From Octopus vulgaris (lineage: Eukaryota), in NCBI GenBank assembly GCA_951406725.2, contig OX597826.1, positions 14,384,001 to 14,448,000 of the forward strand: a stretch of DNA of 64,000 nucleotides, written 5' to 3'. Position 1 is the first letter of the stretch. Each line of letters starts with the position of its first letter. The translations under genes and the position numbers were made by a program. The notes under the pieces are model-generated. The model searched no databases and had not been told where the DNA came from. It saw only the letters and a list, made by a program, of their open reading frames with translations. This document shows positions 54,421 through 64,000 of the stretch, in pieces.

Positions 54421-55652
54421 ATGGATGCATATATACACGAACGTAAGTAGATATAGAATGCAAGTATGTACGTTTCTATGTGTATGTGTGTGTGTATATG
54501 TAGCTGCTTCTTTTCGTAAAAGATAGTAAAACTTGAGAGAAAGCAAAACATAAAGAAAACAGAAAGAAAGTAGGAAAGAATATTACAAAACAAATGAATA
54601 AAATGGAGACAGTGTTAATTATAAAATTATTTTATAATTTAGAAATCTTTAAATAATCAACAACAAAGTAGAGTGACACGGAGAGTGTAAGAGCGGGAGA
54701 TTGATAGACGGGGATAGAGAGATAATGAGAAAATGGTGGGTGTGAGAAATCAGATAATAGCACTTGTAACAAAAAGAGAGGAACAGAAACGGTAAATAAA
54801 GTAATTCAGAAGTCTACGAAATGATGTCGATAATTGATAGAATGAAAGTGTGAGGGGAAGAAATCAGCAAGAAGGAAAGAAAAAGAAAGAAAGAACAAAC
54901 AAATAAAAAAGAACTGGTTAAGAAGAGAAGAAATTAAACAAAAATATACGAAAGAAAATGTAGTTATTGAATGAAAAAACGAAAACAAAAACTATTAGAT
55001 GGAGTGAGAGAAAGAGAAAGAGAGGGAGAGGAAAAGAATGAGAGAAAGAGAGGCAGAGGGAAAGAGAGAAAGAATAGTATGTGAGATTGGGAAAAATAAG
55101 AAATAAATGTAAAGATGAAAGCAAAGGACAAAAATGAGGAGAGAAAGAAGCAGAAGAGGATGAAAATGATGAAACAAAACAAAAACTCGTTGCATTAAAG
55201 AAAGAAACATTTAGAATAGACGAAAAACTACCGAAAAAATACAGAGAAAAAGAAAGAAAGAAATATTACAGTGTTACAAAAATAGAGAAAATCGAAAGAA
55301 TGAAAAAACTAAGGAAGAAATTACCATAGAAGAAATACGGTATGCTGAGTGAAAGAGTAGGTTGGGTTTACAAATGAAGAAGCGTAGATAGGCGTTAACA
55401 ATACCTATCTTATCAATAAGGATTCCGTAGCTTGTCCTATGACTCCATCTACGAAAATATGTAAATACCAACCCACTTATTTTCATTATGTATAATAAAT
55501 ATGATACTAGAGATGCGCCTAAATTTACCACGAAATTAAATCTTTGCTAAATAAATATTTGTACCTTGATATATTTTCTACATGGCATTCCATTAGATAT
55601 ATTATTAACTTCAAGAAATTTAAGTACTGTGTATCACGCTGAGTCCAAAGGA

Positions 55653-55708
<56 letters not shown>

Positions 55709-56011
55709 GATCAGTAATGCACAAGTATGTGAGTGTATATACAGATCCACGTGTTGCTTGTGTAGTTAGGTGTCTTTTCCCCAAAAAACATGGTTTCGGG
55801 CTCCGTTCTACTGTGTGCAAACTGTAGGAGATGTCTTTTACTATACCCACAGACTGACTGGAAACTTGTGAGTTAATTTGGTAGAAAAATGCTGAACAAA
55901 GTCCGTCATAGATACACACACACAAACACACACACACACACACACACGCACGAATACATACGTATATGCATATATATATATATATATATACATATAAGTG
56001 TATATATATAA

Positions 56012-56066
<55 letters not shown>

Positions 56067-56189
56067 TGTATATATATAAGTATCTATATATATATACATA
56101 TAAACACACGCACATAACTCTTTAGCTAGTCTCAGCTTGAGAGGTGCAGCTATGCTCGGGTCCCACCGTTAGCTCTGCTTCACGTTCAC

Positions 56190-56877
56190 TACTTGAAGCC
56201 TCCTCTTGTACGTGGCATTTAGTGAACGAGGGAGTCTGATGCCGTTGCCTCATCTGTGTTTCCTACCATCCGGAATCCTTGACAGGGGGAGATCCAATTT
56301 TATTTTGAACACATCTACAACCACACCATGCAGTCGTGGGACTTTGAAATCTGTGGGTCTTTGAAATCCAAGCTGTTACAGTATTTGGGCCTGGATCTCG
56401 AAGGCGATGTCGGTATCTTTGGCATTATGCAGTGGCGACTTTTTCTGCTGTTTATGTAGCTTTCAATGCCAATGTTTGGTACAAGTATTATTAGTACTTT
56501 CCTCTGTGTATTTTGCTCGCCTACGTTCTAAGGAGTAGAACCGTGACTTTTTCAAACCATCTCAGAAGCTGACGCATTGAATTTAGACATTCATTTTTGT
56601 GTAGCTTCGCTGGATTGCCTCAAATTTCGCCATTGTTTTTACACAGTGTAGTGACCATATTTCGGAGCAGTAGTCTAAAGGCTGATAAAATATGTCCTCC
56701 ATAGGCATCATCACTCATGTCCATTCTCAGGTCATGCCCTTATTTCGTTCCGGGATTTTAGTCCCTTCCGGGCCAATATGTACTGTCTGTAATTCATTGA
56801 CCTTTGTTGACTGACAGCGCAGGGCTTGGAATTTCTTTCAGCATTCAAATGCATGTTATTGTCCTCAGCATACTTAC
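56190..56877 (-). pseudogene. CR1-like LINE 3' ORF remnant
   Basis: YAEDNNMHLNAE..LDYCSEIWS..EAIQRSYTK..YSLERRR..VPNIGI..VDVFKIKLD..IPD. Confidence 0.7.
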
Positions 56878-56929
56878 ATACATACGTACACATGCATACA
56901 CATACGTACATACACACATACACATACGT

Positions 56930-56971
<42 letters not shown>

Positions 56972-56973
<2 letters not shown>

Positions 56974-57318
56974 TCTTTACTCTTTTACTTGTTTCAGTCA
57001 TTTGCCTGTGGCTATGCTGGAGCACCGCCTTCAGTCGATCAAATCGACTCCACGACTTATTCCTTGTAAGCCTAGTACTTATTCTATTGGTCCATTTTGC
57101 CGAACCGCTAAGTTACAGGGACGTAAACACACCAGCATCTGTTGTCAAGCGATGTTGGGGGTGGGGCAAACACAGACACATAAACATACACACACATATA
57201 TATATACATACATATATACGACGGGCTTCTTTCAGTTTCCTCCTACCAAATCCACTCACAAGTGTTTGATCGGGCAAAGGCTATAGTAGGAGACACTTGC
57301 GCAAGGTGCCACGCAGTG
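56972..57318 (-). mobile_element. SINE family C
   Basis: Homologous to 61001-61399; a plus-strand 3' piece follows at ~57325-57450. Confidence 0.85.
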
Positions 57319-57941
57319 AGACAAAAACTCCGATTGAATAAGTACCAGGCTTTGAAAGAGTGATCTTGTGTCGATTCATTCGATGAAAACCCTTGACGGT
57401 GGTGCCTCAGCATGGCCACAGCCAAATAATTGTAGCAAGTAAAAGATGAAAGATTTTTCCTTACACACCGCGCATATATGCGCATGTGTGTGTGAGTGTA
57501 TGTAATTGTGTGTGTGTGTGTGTGTGTGTGTGTATAAGTGATTTCGTTGTCATTGACTTGGCTTTGCCACAATGTTCGAATAAGTAGGATCCCAACAATA
57601 ATATTTTTGATTTAGCTCTCAGCTTGCAGTACTAGGTTGTGTATAGTTGATTAAATCAATGTTGTATGCACTGAACCATCTCTCTATATTAGTTGTATGC
57701 TACTAACACTTAATCTATTAACCTTTGAGCAGGGAAAGTCAAATGTAAATTCAACACAACATAATAAAGTATGTCGTGTAATTTTCCCTTCAACTTGTCG
57801 CTTTAACAGCACAAAAACGCAATTTGCTTGACATTATTTTAATGCATCGTAGATTGATGATACGCGTGTCTTTAAGGAACAAAATTCCTATATAGAATGA
57901 TTTACACACACACACACACAACATATATATATATATACATA

Positions 57942-57975
<34 letters not shown>

Positions 57976-58014
57976 CATATATATATATATATACACATAT
58001 ATACATATAGTGAA

Positions 58015-58350
58015 GGCGCATGGGTCAGTGGTTAGAGCGAGTAGCAAACTTATGACTGTGAGGTTGTGAGTTCGAATCGCGGACCGGGTTGCGTGTTGTG
58101 TTCTTGAGCAAGACACTTTATTTCACATTGCTCTAGTTAATTCAGCTATAGAAATGAGTTGCGACATCACTGGTGCCAAGCTGTATCGACCCCTTTGCCT
58201 TTCCTTTGGATAACATTGGTCGCATGAAGAGGGGAGACTGATATGCATAGGCGACTACGGCCTTCCACAAACAAATTTTTTCGGACGTTTGCCTCGGAAG
58301 GTAACTTTCTAGGTGCAATCCCATGGTCATTCGTGACCGGAGGGGGTCTT
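58015..58350 (+). mobile_element. SINE family B
   Basis: Homologous to 30006-30344. Confidence 0.85.
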
Positions 58351-58365
58351 CCTCTATACATATAT

Positions 58366-58635
58366 ATGCGCAGGACTGGCTGTGAGGTAAGAATCTTGCT
58401 TACTGACCACATAGTTCGGGGATCTGTCCCACTGCGTGGCAACTTGTGTAAGTGTTTGCTACTATAGCCACTGACAGACCAAATCATTGTGAGTGGATTG
58501 GTAGACGGAAACTGAAAGAAGCCCGTAGTATATAAATGTACATTTGTGTGTGTGTGCTTTTGTGTTTGTTCCCCCACTATCGCTTGACAACCGATGCTGG
58601 TGTGTTTACGTTCACGTGACTTAACAGTTCGGCAA
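58366..58635 (+). mobile_element. SINE family C, 3' truncated
   Basis: gcaggactggctgtgaggtaag head, gtggcaacttgtgtaagtg core. Confidence 0.8.
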
Positions 58636-58981
58636 ATCTAATTGCTACATGATTGTTTTATATGATAGCACAGCAATCACTTCATGTTACAGTTTGAAGA
58701 CTGATGTTTCAGTAAGTGAACTTCAACTAAAGGTTGCTACCGTAATTGCTCAGCCTCTGTAAATTCATACTCTTACATACTGGTTGGAATATATTCTAAA
58801 CTATTATGAATTTTTATTGTTTTATGCTTATGGAAATGAAAATATACTATGTAAGCCATTGTAACTCATATGAAAGATTAAAGAATCAATCTATCACACC
58901 ACAAAATATATAATCGATATTTTGTCGGATGAGTTGAGCTTAGAACCCGAGGAAATATAACATTCATAATCTGAATGCATA

Positions 58982-59158
58982 ATGGACTCAGCGACTTCTA
59001 TTTTATTACTTACACTGAGTCTCTTTCTTCTTGCCAATGCAGCTACGGTGACCTAAGTGGATCAAAGACGAATCTCCTCGATTATAAGTCCCAATAAATC
59101 GCGAGTAATTTCGAGCAAGAGGACACGACCTCCTTGTTGGTGCCCAGGGAATTGCTAA
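58982..59158 (+). pseudogene. Small secreted prepropeptide-like ORF with one in-frame TAA
   Basis: MDSATSILLLTLSLFLLANA-ATVT*VDQRRISSIISPNKSRVISSKR-TRPPCWCPGNC*; AATAAA at ~59393. Confidence 0.45.
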
Positions 59159-61000
59159 TCAAAATTACAACAAAGCTGCATTTACACGATACAATACCCG
59201 AAGCAGGTGGGATGGTTTGATCTTATGTCTGACTTAACATATTTTCACTGAGAGAGTACGAACTTCTTGTCCGGTTGGCGCTACCCTAATATCTCAACTG
59301 TCTGAACTCACTAGTTTGATGACAAGTTTCACCAGAATATGACAGGCTCTGTTTTGAAAATAACACTGGCACAAATAATTCTGGGATATTTGAAATAAAG
59401 TTTATAAAATTAATTATTTTCCTTAGCATTTTAAATCCCATCGTCTGTTGTTCTCTAACGAATAAAGTAATCAAATCAAAATGATTTACTATAGATAGAA
59501 TAAAATTTTCAAGTTCTGACGTTTCGAAATCCATGAATTTCACTAAATGAAATCTGTGAACACATTACTTAAAAAGTTAACCATAAATTTTTAAAATCTA
59601 TATTTTAGATTTAAAATGTTATATACATTGTCATGTTAACAGTATTCGAACAGATGTCAAAGAAATGATTATGATTCATCTCTACGGTCATATTGAGAAA
59701 TGCAAGCAAACCCGCCTTTCCGAACGATAGATAGTAAAACTGAAATATGAGGATCCCAGGAATTATATATTTTCTAAAGTTTTACTAGATTATGCTTTTA
59801 ATCTTATTTATGTGCTTTATGTCACTAAAATACAGAGCCTCAGAATCTTTCATCCATCAGATCTTTTAAGTGTTTTTGTAGTGAAAACTTTTTTTTTTAA
59901 TATCATATCGTCATACAATTTCGTGTACTTCTATTTGAACATGCAACGTTTCTTACCAAACAATTAGTTAGATATCATGCTTCAGTATAACTGCTTCCCG
60001 AAAATCCTTTCCGTATTTAGTTACTGCAGTGCATAAACTTAAGTTTGGTTTTCTAGTTGACTTGAAATAGAGACCTCAAAACTATTTCACTAGTTAGACA
60101 GCAAAAACTTATCTGTATTGTGAGTAGTTGATATCTTACTGGGAAATAATTCTTCTGTCTTCCTATTACAAGAATCACACTCGTTAAAACTGTCTTTATT
60201 CCCAAATCCAATAAAAGTAACTCGTAAATATTACATTTGCCGTGTGGACATAGCCCACAAGTAATAAAAGTTCTTTCGCTATGATCTATTTTTGGTAATA
60301 TAGGCTGCTATCAATGTTCGTTCTGAAAATTTACGATATTTATTTGAAATGATTTTACATTGTCTATATATAATTGACGTGCACTGTCTTTAAACTGGAA
60401 TCTAAATACACCTGGTTTACATTTCGTTTTTTAATTTCGTAAACTAGTATCAATTTCAAATAGCTGATAGATCTGACCAAGACATACGAGATATTTAATA
60501 AGGGAGAAAATATGAAACCCATGCTTCTGCAAAATTCAAGCGCAAAATATTTAAGTAACAATTTAAAACGAACAAACAGTTGAAAACTATCTATGCTTCA
60601 TATAAACTTAATCTATATTGTGACATTTGTCATTCATACATTGTTGAATTTTCTTGTTTTCCCACATAAAAACTGAATAAAATTATATGATGTTACTTCT
60701 TTGAGGAAAAAATGGCTACTCCAGAATGTCCTTGATATTAAAGTGTTCGCTTCAGATAACTTCAGATAAATCAATTGCATGTGAGGAATGCGACGCGGAG
60801 AAAAAGTAGTATAGAAGATCGTCACTTACACACATTATGACAACGCATATATTATGTATGTATATGTTTTTTTTCTCATATATGACTTCAGGATGTGAAC
60901 TGATGTTATTCGAACGAAGTCCAATTGCCTAGAAGAGCTACATTTACACCTTATTGTTTCGAAATACATCGAAGAATCGATTGGCCTAGGAGAGAACTAT

Positions 61001-61399
61001 TTTTACTCTTTTGCTCTTTTAATTGTTTCAGTCATTTGAATGTAGCCATGCTGTAGAACCGCGTTTAGTCGAGCAAATCGACCCCAGCACTTATTCTTTG
61101 TAAGCCTAGTACTTATTCTATCGGTCACTTTTGCCGAACTGCTGGTTTACGGGGACGTAAATACACCAGCATCGGTTGTCAAGCAATGTTGGGGGGACCA
61201 AACACAGACACACGTACATATATCTATATATATATATACGACGGGCTTCTTTCAGTTTCCGTCAACCAAATCCACTCCCAAGGCTTTGGTCAGCCCGAGG
61301 CTAATGTAGAAGACACTTGCCTAAGGTGCCACGCAGTGGGACTGGACCCGGAACCATGTGGTTGGTAAGCAAGCTATTACCACACAGCCATTCCTATAC
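61001..61399 (-). mobile_element. Full-length SINE family C
   Basis: tRNA-like head (tggctgtgtggtaa...ggttccgggtccagtccc), CORE-like gtggcaccttaggcaagtgtc, purine-rich tail. Confidence 0.9.
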
Positions 61400-62889
61400 C
61401 TGTGGTAACTGTAACAAATTAGTAACAAATTTTATTAAAAACGTGATCTACAATGAAGAACATTATAAATTCAAAAGTAATCACAAAGGAAGAATATATG
61501 TGTGAAATAATTAATTTGTGTTTAATAGTAGAGTCTCTCTACTATTAGACATTTTCTGGAAAGTAATAAAAATAAACATACCAAAATTATGATCGCAATT
61601 CATGGCATTTCATTTTATTTTAGACGCAGGTATTCGCAACGTATTCTCCGGATCAGTCCCCCTGTGCGGCACCTCGAGCGTATGCCTTTCTACCATATCC
61701 CCGGGCTGGCGGTCGCAGTTGTTTGAGTGAAATTGCTTGACAGACTGACAAAATAATGGAAACTTGTCATTCACATCCCCTTATCCCCCACTCTCTCTAT
61801 ATATAGATGTGTGTGTGTGTGTGTGTGTGTGCATGCGCCTGTCAGTCTGTATGTATGTTTGTTTCTATGTATGTATGTGTGTATGAATGGAAGCATTTGT
61901 GAGTGTCTTAATCTGTAAATATTCAAATTTTCCCGTGTTAGCATGTCTCTGTTTACATCAGCCTCTTCATGTCGCCATCGGTTGAAAAACTGCTCTTTTT
62001 GTTGTCTGACAAATTAATGGCTCGATGAATAAAACTGAATAAGGTAAGTGGCAGATTTTAAAATAAACACTGGAGCCAATACCTTTGGCCTAAACCCCTC
62101 AATATGTTGTCTTGTGACGGCAACAATACAATGATGAAAATGTGCCAGAGAGTAAGGATTTATTGACTTTTCGATTTGTAATTAATGTTTCAGAACTGCA
62201 TGATTGAATTATTTAGAAATCCGTGTCGTTGATATTGGTGTTGATGAGTTTTGGTATAGCTGGTAACTGTTTCTCTCATAGGAAATATTTTGTCGTTAAT
62301 TAAAACGGTAGTTCAAGAAAGATCAATTGTTATAAGAACCAGATTAAATATCTTGAAGTAATACTCGCTTTTACGTTCATATCAATTCGGAGTCAACTTG
62401 CTTTTCATTTTTCAAGGTTTAGTGTTTGATTTAAGAGATATACTAAACTCATAATCTATGGGTTTATGATTAATAAATTGACATTGTTCTTGGAGGAACT
62501 ATATGCTACTGTTTTGTTACCGTTAGTTTAGATCTTATCGAACAAATTTATGGTCAGAAGCGACCATTCCATTATTCTTCGTTCTTGTATAACTTAGATT
62601 TATTATCCAGCGCCTCTATTAATTTCAAGCGGTAGGATATGATTTTGAATGAAATTTGAATTATTTAAATGTTACTTGACCAATGTATATCTAAAACAGA
62701 TTTTCTACTTTACACTGGACAAAATATCTTGTAGTATATATTAGCCTTAGGTTCTAACACCAAGTCCAGCAAGGTTCAAATTTGTCCTTCCTATAAAGCT
62801 CTAGGGATTACTTAATCAACTGTGCTCTCCTCATATATCTATAGACGTGCGCCTATGATAGTCATTACTGTCACTCTTATTACTCAGAG

Positions 62890-63470
62890 CAGTAGAATAG
62901 CAGAATCTGTAGTACGCCAGACAAGATGTTTCGCGGCAAACTATTCCAGCTTCACGTTTTCAGTTCAAATTCTCCCGACAATGATTTTTATCCTTCATCC
63001 TTTCAGAGTCGATAGAATGAGTACCATTTGAGCGTTAGGATCGATGTAATCGACTGGCCCGCTCCCCTAAAAATATCAGGCTATGTATCTATACTAGAAA
63101 AGATTATCGTTATTATTCTTTAAGGAAGAAGGTGGTATGCTGGAAGAAACGTTAGCACTTCGGCGGTAATGCTTAGCATCAATTTTTCCAGTTTAACGTT
63201 CTGACCTCACTTTCCTGCGAGGTCGATAAAATACATAACAGTTGAACACTGGAGTCGATAAAATCGACTTCCCCATTCACTCGAAAACACTGAACTCGAG
63301 CCAAAAATTAGAAATGGCTATTGCAAATGGCAGCAGTATGACAGAATCGTTACTGCGCCGGACAAAATGATTAGATACATTTCATCTGTCCTCCGTTCAA
63401 ATTACACTCAGGTGGACTTGGCCATTCATTCTTTCAAAATCAATAAAATAAGTACTGGAATCGATGAAAA
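62890..63470 (+). mobile_element. Three diverged tandem SINE family A copies
   Basis: Repeated gcagaatc(g/t)...ttcatcctttc..gtcgata(a/g)aat.agtac motifs. Confidence 0.65.
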
Positions 63471-63479
63471 TGACCCCAG

Positions 63480-64000
63480 AACTTGTCTATTTCTTTTCTG
63501 TTTAGCTTAGTCCATTTTTGTCCTATAAAAGCCTTTCTTGCCATCGATATATCATGGCATTTTGTTGTTTTAGTTTTAATTAAAATTTTAGTTGCTTTCC
63601 AGCTTTGTTGTCTCCTCTTTTCCCATAGTTGGTGGATATTATAACCTCTTCCAGGTATTTTTCGGCTTCCTTTAAGACAGAAATCGGTTTTTGTTTTTCT
63701 AATGTACTGTGGCTATTTTTATTAATTTTCTTCGGCTCTGAATTAGATATATTTATAGTCCCATGATGGATAATTTATAGCAGATTTCTAGTTGTATAAG
63801 GCATCTACCTTTTCAATTCGTTGTATTTATAAGCTTAGATTTTGTATGGCGTATTCTATATTTTCCTGTCTAGTTTGCTCAGTTCATTTAGTGTCCAAAT
63901 TAGGAATTTTGTAATTGTAACTTATAAATGGGACAGGTAGGGCATTCATGCTTGTTGCCTTCTTTTCGCATTGAGCTCTGTTTTAAGTATTAATCCAAAT
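63480..64000 (-). pseudogene. R4/Dong-clade ORF fragment downstream of RT
   Basis: LILKTELNAK..NALPVPFISY..IWTLNELSKLDRK..GRCLIQLE. Confidence 0.65.

Noticed and set aside
60690-60838. Weak minus-strand resemblance to the 58982 signal-peptide region (SSILLFLRVAFLTCN)
   Set aside because: Out of frame with the ATG, multiple stops, similarity too short

Overview
AT-rich, microsatellite-saturated eukaryotic DNA. The SINE families and (TA)n/(TATC)n/(CA)n density point to an octopus genome (inference from recalled repeat sequences, not a search). No complete protein-coding gene is visible, and most tracked ORFs are microsatellite artefacts. The window is a patchwork of decayed mobile elements: Tc1/mariner relics, an internally deleted Merlin element (~135-bp TIRs, 8-bp TSD), RTE, R4/Dong and CR1-like LINE fragments, five tRNA-derived SINE families, and Penelope-like element (PLE) remnants of probably three clades. 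The main unexplained signal is a set of about ten type I hammerhead-ribozyme motifs in short non-coding elements in or next to (TA)n tracts. Several form fold-back hairpins, two copies have ends at or near a predicted self-cleavage site, and one motif sits in a tRNA-headed SINE. Possible host sequence is limited to a small secreted prepropeptide-like reading frame with one in-frame stop (58982-59158) and a few candidate minus-strand terminal exons with hydrophobic, GPI-like tails. All folds, translations and alignments were done by eye; many boundaries are approximate.
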